Assembly (NCBI GenBank): GCA_963700285.1
Contig: CAVOXA010000001.1
Coordinates: 32,001 to 96,000 of the forward strand
Length of the DNA stretch: 64,000 bases
Reading direction: 5' to 3'
Source: an uncultured Chloroflexia bacterium
GTDB taxonomy: Bacteria > Chloroflexota > Anaerolineae > JAAYZQ01
The notes beneath the pieces were generated by a model. That model was not told where the DNA came from. It made no database searches and saw only the letters and a program-made list of their open reading frames with translations. This document shows positions 55,101 through 64,000 of this stretch, in pieces (within the stretch, counting starts at the first letter, position 1; each line of letters begins with the position of its first letter). The translations under genes and the position numbers were made by a program.

Positions 55101-55208
55101 GTTCGTAGTGCGCGTTTCAACGCGCTTTCTGAGCCGCAAGTTGAGATCTTGACCCAGAACGGCGCTGAAGCATGTCCTGAGCGAAGCCGAAGGACGCCTA
55201 CTACGAAC
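55101..55208. repeat. Inverted pair of REP-like palindromes with a nested 24-bp module
   Basis: gttcgtagtgcgcgtttcaacgcgc ... ggcgctgaag[insert]cgcctactacgaac. Related copies at 58170-58193 and 59076-59100. Confidence 0.7.
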
Positions 55209-55329
55209 GGTTCTTGCCTCTGGGTATTGCCGGGTTACCTGGCAAAAGTACGACAGCGCGCTTTGAGTACGCCTGCCACGAACCCAGCTTGCAGCCCCCC
55301 GATTATATCAGACTGATCCTCTTTTGCCA

Positions 55330-55816
55330 AGCAGAACCGAGGGCACAACCAGGGCAGCAGCCATTCCCTCTCGAGATGGGCGATTCGCTCCTCATCGACA
55401 TCGGCGCCGCCTGGGCGGGCTACCAGGTGGATGTCACGCGCACGATGGTGCTGGGCGAGTCCAATCCGCTTCAGCGCAGGATCTGGGATACGATCCTGGA
55501 AGCCTACGAGGCCGTGGTCTCGATGGCCAGGCCGGGCGTTCCCTGCGTCCGTCTCCACCAGGCGGCGGAGCGCATCATCAACGGATCGGGCTTTGCCTTG
55601 AAGCACCGCATTGGCCACGGCTTCGGCCTGGCCACCTCTTTCGAGTGGCCCAGTCTGGATACGGAAACGGCCCCGCTGGAGCCGGGGATGACCATCGCCG
55701 TCGAGCCGGGCGTCTATGAGGTTGGGGCGGGCGCGATGAATCTGGAGGACAGCCTGGTGATCACGGATACGGGCTGTGAGGTGATCTCTGCCTGCTCGCG
55801 GGCGCTGGCGCCGTAG
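55330..55816 (+). pseudogene. 5'-truncated M24 (Xaa-Pro) peptidase
   Basis: IDIG..YQVDVTRT, HRIGHGFG, EPGVY and LED metal ligands are present, but the N-terminal half is replaced by repeats. The 5' boundary is approximate. Confidence 0.65.
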
Positions 55817-55841
55817 CTGGCTTTGCACGCATCGGCCGCCT

Positions 55842-56058
55842 TGGTCGGGAGCGCCTCGGTCGGGAGACCTTCGGCGATCAGGAAGCGCAGAAGAGATTTT
55901 TCGCCGCGCTCAGAATGACGTGCTCACGCTATTGCCTGATCATGTAGTCGAAGATCATCAGTGCCCACTACGAAACAAGCGACGGGAGTTCACCTTGTGG
56001 AGAAAAATGGATGCCCGCCCCTCGACTTCTCGAGGGCAGGCTTGCGCGGGCATGACAA
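55842..56058. repeat. Cluster of REP-like palindromic elements
   Basis: cggtcgggagacctt (also at 59174), ctcagaatgac and tggatgcccgcc...gcgggcatgac. Confidence 0.55.
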
Positions 56059-56066
56059 CCTGTCCG

Positions 56067-57925
56067 TTACTGCTCCAGCGCTTCTTTGGCCCGTTTGATC
56101 TGCTGGCCGCGCTCGTGCCTGTCCAGAATGTGCTTGCGGATGCGCAAGCTCTCTGGGGTCACTTCCAGCAGCTCGTCGTCACTCAGATACTCCATGCACC
56201 GGTCCAGGCTCATCTCCTGGGGCGTGGTTAGCCGGATCTCGATGTCCCGAATCGGGTTGCGCATGTTGGTCAGATGCTTGGTCTTGCAGACGTTGATGTC
56301 CAGATCGCCCGGCCGCTGGTGCTCGCCAATCACCATCCCCTGGTAGACCTCTGCCCCCGGACCGATGAACAGGCTGCCTCGCTCCTCGGCGTTTTTCAAC
56401 CCAAAGGTGGTGGCAACACCGGTTTCCCAGGCAACCAAAGAGCCGCGCGACCGGGAGCTGATCTGCCCGGCCAGGGGGCCATACCGGTAAAAGACGGTAC
56501 TCATCAGGCCCATGCCGCGGGTGGCGGTCAGGAACTGATAGCGAAAGCCCAACAAGCCCCGGATGGGCACGTGATAGGTGATCAGGACGCTGCCGTCGGA
56601 GGCATCGGTCATGTTGATCATCTCACCACGCCGCTTGCCCAGCATCTCCACCACCGCACCCACCGTGTCGGGCGGTGTCTGGATATGGACCTCTTCATAC
56701 GGTTCCAGGGTCTGGCCGTCCTGGTCTTGCTGCAAAATCACCCTGGGACGGGACACCTGAAACTCGTAGCCTTCGCGGCGCATGGTCTCGATCAGAATCG
56801 CCAGGTGCAGCTCGCCCCGGCCCGAGACGACAAACGTATCGGCCTGGTTCGTTTCTTCCACTTGCAGGGCGACATTGTGCCTGAGTTCCTCATAGAGGCG
56901 CTCGCGGAGCTTGCGCGAGGTGCCCCAGCGGCCTTCCTTGCCGGTCAAGGGGCGACGTGTTCACCCCAAAGGTCATCTGCACCGTAGGTTTTTCCACCTG
57001 GATGACCGGCAGGGCAACGGGGTGTTCCGGGTCGGCCAGCGTTTCCCCAATGGCGATTTCCTCCAGTCCGGCAATGGCCACAATGTCGCCCGCCTCGGCA
57101 GCCGGGACCTCCACTCGTCTCAGCCCCTCGTGCACGTAAAGGTAGCGGGCGCTTTCCAAAAGCTGCTCGCCATTCCGCGTGAGGCGAGTAATGGACTGCC
57201 CGGCCGTAATGCGGCCGGCAAAAACCCGGCCGATGGCAGTCAGGCCACGATAGTTATCATAGTCCAGCGTGGTCACCAGGATCTGAAGCGGGGCATCCAC
57301 GTCCACGGTTGGGCAGGGGATTTCTCGCAAGATGGTGTCAAAAAGTGGCTTCAGGTCCGGCCCGAGTTCGGGCGTCAGGCCTGCCTGGCCTGTGGTGGCA
57401 ACCGTGTAGACCACGGCGAAAGTCAGCCTGTGCGTCGGTGGCTCCCAACTCGATAAACAGATCAAAGGTCTCGTTGAGCACCCGATCGAGATCGGCGTTT
57501 CTGCGGTCCAGCTTGTTGATGACCACGACGGCGCGATGGCCCATTTCCAGCGCCTTCCGGAGTACGAAACGGGTTTGGGGCATGGGGCCTTCGGCTGCGT
57601 CCACCAGCAGCAGCACGCCGTCCACCATGTTGAGAACCCGCTCCACCTCGCCGCCAAAATCGGCATGCCCCGGGGTGTCCACGATGTTGATCTTGACCTG
57701 TTGGTCTCTCTCTGCATCGTAGATGCTGATGGCCGTGTTTTTGGCCAGGATGGTGATGCCACGCTCCCGTTCCAGATCGTTGGAATCCAGCACCCGCTCG
57801 GCTACCTGCTGGTTGCTGCGGAAGACGTGTGCCTGCTTGAGCAGGCTATCCACCAGCGTTGTTTTGCCATGATCTACGTGCGCAATGATGGCAATATTGC
57901 GCAGATCGGTTCGTTCGACGAGCAT
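56067..57925 (-). CDS. typA: Translational GTPase TypA/BipA, two frameshifts
   Basis: [36 protein letters not shown] and DELLEVTP motifs. Confidence 0.93.
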
Positions 57926-57957
57926 TCGTACCGCGCCCCCTTATTCTAAACCATCTT

Positions 57958-58023
57958 ACCGCGGAGACACGGAGGACACGGAGTTTTTTGAGAAAAGCTC
58001 TGTGCTCTCTGTGTCTCTGTGGT
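57958..58023. repeat. Inverted repeat of ACCGCGGAGACACGGAG-type units
   Basis: accgcggagacacggaggacacggag ... ctctgtgctctctgtgtctctgtggt. Confidence 0.65.
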
Positions 58024-58282
58024 TCATCAGATCCAGTGCAAAGACACACCAGTATAGTGCTTATGTTCCGATAGGTCAACTTTTTCCTCCTTGATGGTAG
58101 TGCGATTGCATCTGAGTTGGCGCCGGGGTGTTGGACTGTGGTCCAGCACGAGGAAGGGTGTGGCGCCGGGGCGCTGAAGCGCCCACTACGAACCGATGTT
58201 GCGGTCTACTGATCATGGAGGTGATGGAGGCTGAGGTGCGGGAGGAGAAGAAGGTCAGAGCTTGTCACAGGTCTCTCCAGGC

Positions 58283-58331
58283 TTGACGCGTTCACGTCCG
58301 ACTCTTACCATGAATCATAGAACAGGTGTTC
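58283..58331 (+). promoter_or_regulatory. Sigma70 promoter with a LexA (SOS) box
   Basis: TTGACG-17 bp-TACCAT, then GAAC-AGGT-GTTC at 58320-58331. Confidence 0.7.
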
Positions 58332-58408
58332 GTTTTGTTGTTCAGAAGAGGCAATCAGGCCCTGGGTGTACCAGCGGACTGCTGGGCACAGTTCGCGTGA
58401 GCAGGATC

Positions 58409-59098
58409 ATGAGTGGTACGCATCGATCAGGAAGACGGTGCGGCGCCGTGCGGGCCGATGGCAAGCGCTGCCGCCAGAAGGCGATCAATGGCCTGGAGCA
58501 GCCGCTGTGCCCGGTCCACGCTTTTGAGCACAAGGGCAATACCGACGGGAGCCCCCGGCATGGCTTCTACAGCCGGGGCGAGCCCACGGGCTTTGAGTAT
58601 CGGCGGCGCGTGGGGCCCGACGATTTCGTGCGGGGCGGGGGCCTGGCGTCTGTCAAAGGTACTCCACTGGAGATCCGGGAGCGGGAGATGGATGTGCATC
58701 CCCTGGAGCCGGAGCGGACGGACATCGACGTGGCCATCGCCGCCCTGGTGCACAAGATGGAGATCCTGGACGCGCTGATCTTTCGGGCTGAAGAGCACGG
58801 TCTGGACATTGTCACGCTGCTCGGCCTGTACCTGGCTGCTACGACGCGGTTGGGGCATTTGATCCGTGAGCGCCACGAGATGTCCAACAGGGAGGGCGAT
58901 GATCTGCTGGGGTTGCTGGAGCGGGCCAATGAGCTGCTTGAGCGTGGGGAAGGGGACTCGGGATCTTTTGGGGAATTGCACCGCCGTGAACAGGCGGTGC
59001 TGGACCGGTTCTGGTGTGAGGCTGGCCAGTGCGGGTCGTGCATGGCTTTCGGCGGGAATCACGGTGGGGGTGGAAGCGCGCTGAAGCGCGCACTATGA
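58409..59098 (+). CDS. Hypothetical protein with an HGGxSTG-like Cys/His domain (phage-associated)
   Basis: RCGA...GKRC...LCPVH...HGFYS followed by a helical region. Confidence 0.55.
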   Translation: MSGTHRSGRRCGAVRADGKRCRQKAINGLEQPLCPVHAFEHKGNTDGSPRHGFYSRGEPTGFEYRRRVGPDDFVRGGGLASVKGTPLEIREREMDVHPLEPERTDIDVAIAALVHKMEILDALIFRAEEHGLDIVTLLGLYLAATTRLGHLIRERHEMSNREGDDLLGLLERANELLERGEGDSGSFGELHRREQAVLDRFWCEAGQCGSCMAFGGNHGGGGSALKRAL

Positions 59099-59290
59099 AC
59101 GGATCTGGCTATTGCTGGGCTGATTTCTTGGATTGCAAGAACCGGCGTGGCTGCGTAGTGCTGGGCGCGGCTGCGGTCGGGAGACCTTGCCGAACGGAAG
59201 TTGGGGATTGCTTCGCATCGGCGAAAGGCGCCTCGGCTCGCAATGACGGGGCAGGCATTCAACTCACCATGAAAGGAAAGGAAGCGGAAA

Positions 59291-60106
59291 ATGGCAACTT
59301 ATCGTCAGGTACACGTGCATATGTGGAAGGACCCGTGGTTTCTGGATCTGAGGCCGCCGTGGAAGCTGCTCTTTGTTTACTTGTTGAGCAACGAGCGGGC
59401 GCACCTGTCGGGGGTGTACGAGCTGCCCTTCCGGGCTATGCTTTTCGAGTCGGGGCTGAGGGCGAAGCAGGTGAGGGAAGCGCTGGCCTACTTTGAGGCA
59501 AGCGGGAAGGTGTGGTACGACGAGGAGAAGGGCCAGGTGTTTGTGCGCAACCTGATGCGCCACAACGCGCCAAACGCGATGAGCGCCAGGATCCTGGCCC
59601 ACCTGCGCAAGCACCGGGTATCGGCCGGGCGCGTGCAGTACTGGGCCATGTGGGAGGAGGTGTATCCCAAAGTGGCGGGAAGGTTATCGATGCCGTGCAT
59701 ACAGGAACAGGACAAAGAACAGGAGCAGCAGCAGGAGCAGGCCGGGCGCGGGGCGCCCGGTGGCAGCGGCGGCGGCAGGGGGATGGATGCGGTGGTCAAG
59801 ACGCTGGAACTGGCCGGGCAGGAGGCGGTGAATGCCCTGGACAGGCAGCGGATCAAGGAGATGATGGGGGCCGCGGAGGCGCACCGTTTGTCGCTGGACA
59901 GGGGCGTGGCGGGTGCCGGCCGCGCCGGGAGCGAGTGGGTGTGCGAGGCGGTGCGGGTGGCCAACGGGGCGCGGAAACGAGGGTCGCCGGTGAGCCTGAA
60001 TTTCGTCGAGTCGGTGCTGCGGCGCTGGATGGAGGAGGGATTCCGGGCACGGTGGGGTGGAGGGGAAGCAGTCCAGTTCGTGGATGTGGAGTACTGGGTG
60101 GACTGA
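59291..60106 (+). CDS. Phage-type replication initiator/replisome organiser with a DnaD-like C-terminus
   Basis: YRQV...WKDPWF..L....KLLFVYLL N-terminus, EQDKEQEQ linker and 'NFVESVLRRW' DnaD-like motif. Confidence 0.6.
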   Translation: MATYRQVHVHMWKDPWFLDLRPPWKLLFVYLLSNERAHLSGVYELPFRAMLFESGLRAKQVREALAYFEASGKVWYDEEKGQVFVRNLMRHNAPNAMSARILAHLRKHRVSAGRVQYWAMWEEVYPKVAGRLSMPCIQEQDKEQEQQQEQAGRGAPGGSGGGRGMDAVVKTLELAGQEAVNALDRQRIKEMMGAAEAHRLSLDRGVAGAGRAGSEWVCEAVRVANGARKRGSPVSLNFVESVLRRWMEEGFRARWGGGEAVQFVDVEYWVD

Positions 60107-60313
60107 GGGAAAGGTTCATGTTGGAGGTTGAGGTTCTGAATGGAGACTCGACCGCCCGGCGCTAAAGACGCCGGGCTGAGCAGCGAAGCCCCTTTGGGGC
60201 TGGATTCTAGCCCGCGGGGTACTGCAGGTGAGCTAGCGGCTCGCGCGCAACGCAGTCGGGGGCCGTTCCCGATTCAAAGATCAGATTTGGCCATGGACTG
60301 GCCAGGGTGAGGC

Positions 60314-61190
60314 ATGAAACTAGGCACAGCCGCGGAGCAGTTTAAGGAGATCAAGCCGTGGACGCGGAGCGGGATGGCGGCCTTTCTGGAAATCTGCCAG
60401 GTGGAGGACACGGCGGACCTGGAGCCGGCGGATCTGGCCGGCTACCTGCCGCGCCTGGCGACGAAGGGGTATGCAGCCGGCACGCTGAAGACGTACCGGA
60501 CACAGGCTAACGCCTTTTTGGGGGTGGCTGGTGGACAGGGGCCTGGTACGGTTTGGCCCGGAGGCGCTGGCGGAGATCGTGGCCGAGCAGTACAGGGACG
60601 TTCCCATGCTGACCCGGGAAGATCCCGTGGTTCCGGAAGAGAAGGAGGTGCGGGACCTGGTGGAGGCGGCGCACGAGGTGGCGCCCAGTATCAGCCCCGA
60701 TACGGCCAGGGGCCGGCGGCAGCGGTTGACCTATCTGCGCAATATCGCCATCGTGGAGACGCTGCGGGCGACGGGGATCCGGCCCGGGGAGCTGGTCTCG
60801 CTGCGGCGCTGTGACCTGGATGAGGGCAGCCAATGCGCCACGGCGCCGGATGGCCGGCGGCTGCACTTTGACCTGGAAAGCTGGGGCGCTCTGGCACGGT
60901 ACCTGGCGGCACGGGGGGACGCGACCGACCATCCGCTGCTGGTATGGCAAGCGCCGGTTTTTGCCCGGCACGATGCCAAGAGCGCCGGCCAGGACCTGGC
61001 GCCGTTGAGCCCGGAACGCGTGGGAAGGATCCTGGCCGGATTGAGGAGGGGCAGCAGGCTGAGGCCCAGAGATCTGCGGGCGCGCTTTGGGCAGCGCCTG
61101 CTGGAGGCGACGAAGGATGAGCGGGGGACGGGCAGGCTGCTGGGGCTGAAGAACAAGGTGGCGGTGCGGCGGTACCGGCCGGATGAATGA
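60314..61190 (+). CDS. Divergent tyrosine recombinase/integrase, frameshift near 60520
   Basis: SAM-like N-domain (YAAGTLKTY), RNIAI..L.ATGIRPGEL, PRDLRARF and LLGL...RRY. Confidence 0.65.
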
Positions 61191-61311
61191 GGCCAAGTAC
61201 CAAAGCTAGTTGGCCAGCGGTTTGACGTCCACCGGATTCGAGGTTATGATGGGTCTGGCTGCACTGTGGCCGAGCCGTGGAGAGGCTGGCCGGGCGCAGC
61301 TGCCCGCATCG

Positions 61312-61378
61312 TTGCACCGCCGTGAAACAGGCGGTGCTGGCGTGGTGAAACGGGCGGTGATCGCACCGCCGTGAAACA
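61312..61378. repeat. Tandem GCACCGCCGTGAAAC palindromic units
   Basis: Two close copies and one degenerate copy; another copy lies at 58976-59003. Confidence 0.65.
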
Positions 61379-61406
61379 AGCATGCACTAGATAGGAAGGT
61401 TGTCCG

Positions 61407-62636
61407 ATGGAACAGACGAGTTTCAAAGTGTATGGCTATCGCTGGATCGTGCTGCTGGCCTTTATGGCCATCGTTGTGGCCAACCAATCGTTGTGGATAA
61501 CCTTTGCGCCCATCACGGGCGCCGCGGCGACCTACTATGGGGTCTCGGATCTGGCCATCGGGCTGCTGTCGATGAGCTTTATGGTCGTCTATATCGTCGT
61601 CTCGATCCCGGCCTCATGGACCATTGACACCTATGGCATCCGGGTGGCGGTGGGCATCGGCGCGGTGCTGACGGGGGTCTTTGGCCTGCTGCGCGGGTTG
61701 CTGGCGCCTAGCTACACGCTGGTGCTGGTCTGCCAGATCGGGATCGCGGTGGGGCAGCCCTTTATCCTCAACGCCATCACCAAAGTGGCGGCGCGCTGGT
61801 ACCCCATCCAGGAGCGGGGCACGGCAGCGGGGTTGGGCTCGTTGGCCATGTACGTGGGCATCATGATCGGTTTGGCGCTGACGCCCTTCCTGACCCTTCG
61901 TTCCAGCATCGCTGACATGCTGCTGATCTATGGGGTCGCGGCCGTCATCGCCGCGGTATTTTTCTTCCTGTTCGCCAGGGAGCGCCCGCCAACGTCGCCC
62001 TGCCCGCCGGGCCAGGACGAGCGCACGCTGGTTTTCGACGGTCTGAGACAGATGGTACGCATGAAGGACTTTGTGCTGCTGATGTTCATCTTTTTTATCG
62101 GCTTGGGGGTCTTTAACGCGGTGACGACCTGGATCGAGGACATTGTGCGGCCCAGGGGCTTTTCCATCACGGAAGCGGGCCTGACCGGCGGCCTGATGGT
62201 GATGGGGGGCATCGTGGGCGCCCTGGTGCTGCCGGCGCTGTCGGATCGCGCGCGTAAAAGGGTGCCGTTCATGGTCTTGGCGCTGGCGGGGGCGACGCTG
62301 GGCCTGGTGGGCATCACCTACGCCACGAGCTACGGGCTGCTGCTGGCCTCGGCCTTTGCCCTGGGGTTCTTTTTGCTGGCAGCGGGGCCCATCGGGTTCC
62401 AATATGGGGCCGAGGTGGCCTATCCGGCCCCGGAGGGCACGTCGAACGGGTTGTTGCTGATGATGGGCCAGATCTCGGGCATCGCTTTTATCTTGGGGAT
62501 GGACGCGCTCAAGTCGCCGGCGACAGGCTCGATGACGCCGTCTTTGCTGCTGCTGATTGGGCTGATGGTTCTGGGCCTGCTGCTTTGTACGAGGCTGCGG
62601 GAATCGGCGTTGATCCGGGGGGAGTCGGGATCCTGA
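61407..62636 (+). CDS. MFS transporter (FLVCR/SLC49-like)
   Basis: YGYRWIVL, WITFAPI, 12 TM helices and AEVAYPAPEG. Confidence 0.85.
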   Translation: MEQTSFKVYGYRWIVLLAFMAIVVANQSLWITFAPITGAAATYYGVSDLAIGLLSMSFMVVYIVVSIPASWTIDTYGIRVAVGIGAVLTGVFGLLRGLLAPSYTLVLVCQIGIAVGQPFILNAITKVAARWYPIQERGTAAGLGSLAMYVGIMIGLALTPFLTLRSSIADMLLIYGVAAVIAAVFFFLFARERPPTSPCPPGQDERTLVFDGLRQMVRMKDFVLLMFIFFIGLGVFNAVTTWIEDIVRPRGFSITEAGLTGGLMVMGGIVGALVLPALSDRARKRVPFMVLALAGATLGLVGITYATSYGLLLASAFALGFFLLAAGPIGFQYGAEVAYPAPEGTSNGLLLMMGQISGIAFILGMDALKSPATGSMTPSLLLLIGLMVLGLLLCTRLRESALIRGESGS

Positions 62637-62791
62637 TCGGCCATGAGGAGGTGGGAATCGACACCCTTTCCTATTGTGAGGTGTATGGCGTCGGCTGCTC
62701 GAGTTTGGATAAATGATCGGGGCGGTCTGCGACTTGCGCAAAACCGCCCCATGGTAGAAACTTGTGGCATCCCAACCAAGAGGTTTCTACC

Positions 62792-63039
62792 ATGCAACAG
62801 TTTAGCAACCTAATCGAGTTTCGTCAAACCGTCTACGACTATGTGCTCACTCGGGCCAGAGATGCGCAGTTCGAGTTGGTAGATGCCTTGCTTCTCAGCG
62901 CGCCCATCCATACCTTTCCCGAGTTGAGCCGTTCGCCCGCCTTTCGGCGTGAGTGGCACAGTGCCTATACCGCCTTTGAGGATGGACGTCAAGACCGGGA
63001 GCGGTTGGAGTGCTATCTCACTCAACTTCTGCCACCAGA
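62792..63039 (+). pseudogene. N-terminal fragment of a DDE transposase (IS701-related)
   Basis: FRQ..Y..L..ARDA.FELVDALL...ELS.SP.FRR.W.S.Y.A..DG motif, truncated after about 80 aa. Confidence 0.65.
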
Positions 63040-63044
63040 CGGCT

Positions 63045-63600
63045 GTCTAGGAGCATGTCGGCCAGCAGATGCTGCGGCGCCAGCACGGTCACCACGAATG
63101 GTCTCACATCATCATACTCGGACGCCACCAGTTCCCGACGTACCGCTACCTCTTCAAGCCGCCGATCGATGTCCACACGGACCTTCCCTTTGCCGCGATC
63201 CCGTCCGTCGTAAAGCGGCCCCTGGAAACTGGCGTCAAAGCTGTAGCTCACATCGGATACCCACTCGCGGCGCACCTCGGCGATGACACCAAAGTCTACC
63301 AATCGGGCGACGATCTCCTGCCAGGATGCCTGCAAGACACTCACATCGCCTTGACCACCTCGCCAATGCCTCCGGCATTCTGCATAAGATCGAGGCTGTC
63401 GACGATGGCCTTGGCCTCATCGGCAATGACGGTGGGCGGATCCGCGATTCTCTCCCGGAGGTAGCCAAAGAAGTTGTGCAGCTGTATCGTCACGAATCGG
63501 AAACGGTAGCCCCGATAGCTGACCGGGCGCTTTTTCCTCGTCGTCGCCACAAAGGTGGTCAGGGCACTTGCTCGGTGAATCCATAGTGGTGGAAAGCGGA
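63045..63600 (-). pseudogene. Fragments of type IV toxin-antitoxin (AbiEi/AbiEii-like) genes
   Basis: AbiEi-like 'YRFVT...FFGY...IAD.AKAIVD.LD..AGGI.EV' and a downstream nucleotidyltransferase-like 'FQGPL...KVRVDI' piece. Confidence 0.45.
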
Positions 63601-63903
63601 CCAATAGGAAATGGGGACCGGTCACCTGGCCCAGGCGCCGGTGCGGGGTTGCCGCAGGACCGGCTTCCTACTGGGCGAGCGGTAGCAGAAACAGCGGGGC
63701 CTTGCCTGGGAGCTGGTGTCTGAGCAGCCGGGGGGCGGGAATCCAGGCAACCTGCAACCTAATGCATATCCAAAGCTGAACATTGGCATGGTGACTGGAC
63801 TTGATCCATTGGTCACAAGTTAAGGATCTGATGAATCTGTCAAGTTGCGCCGAAACATGCGTTACGTCAAACGAGACAGGCTGAATCTCCATTCAGGTCT
63901 TGG

Positions 63904-64000
63904 TCACTGGACCGTCAACGGCAGATACACCTCAAACCGCACATTCTCCACCTCCAGATCCACCTCGTGCGGCGTCAGATCGTTGGCCCAGGCCAGCTTT
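63904..64000 (-). CDS. 3' end of a probable surface protein (runs off the window)
   Basis: Manual translation ...EVENVRFEVYLPLTVQ*, a Chloroflexi-type YLPL C-terminal motif. Confidence 0.55.
   Translation of the reverse strand, partial: KLAWANDLTPHEVDLEVENVRFEVYLPLTVQ

Overview
A GC-rich bacterial chromosome segment, most likely Chloroflexota (Anaerolineae-like). This is inferred from the Pro/Thr-rich surface proteins, C-terminal 'YLPL' motifs and the DUF3090/SCO1664 triad. Many conserved genes (pepF, gap, trpS, lepA, typA, hdr-like genes, fdh) carry single-base frameshifts that look like read or assembly errors. Housekeeping content: purA, ftsH, yvcK-CBS-gap-pgk, pcrA, the tRNA-tuf-rpmG-secE-nusG-rplKAJL cluster, trpS, lepA and typA. 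Energy genes: an HdrE/HdrD-like pair plus a lipoyl carrier, followed by a NuoE/NuoF-like module with a selenocysteine formate dehydrogenase. Mobile DNA: an ISAs1 element with long flanking direct repeats, a two-copy MITE, nested REP-like palindromes, an SOS-box phage-like remnant, and IS and Abi fragments. The best candidate for an uncharacterised system is the operon at 50045-53611 (minus strand). It encodes a zinc-ribbon membrane protein, a large membrane protein ending in SCACACACAGCACACAGGGR, and a radical SAM/SPASM enzyme with an RRE/PqqD-like domain, which suggests RiPP-style modification of a membrane protein's Cys-rich tail. All product calls come from recognising motifs by eye; no database searches were run.
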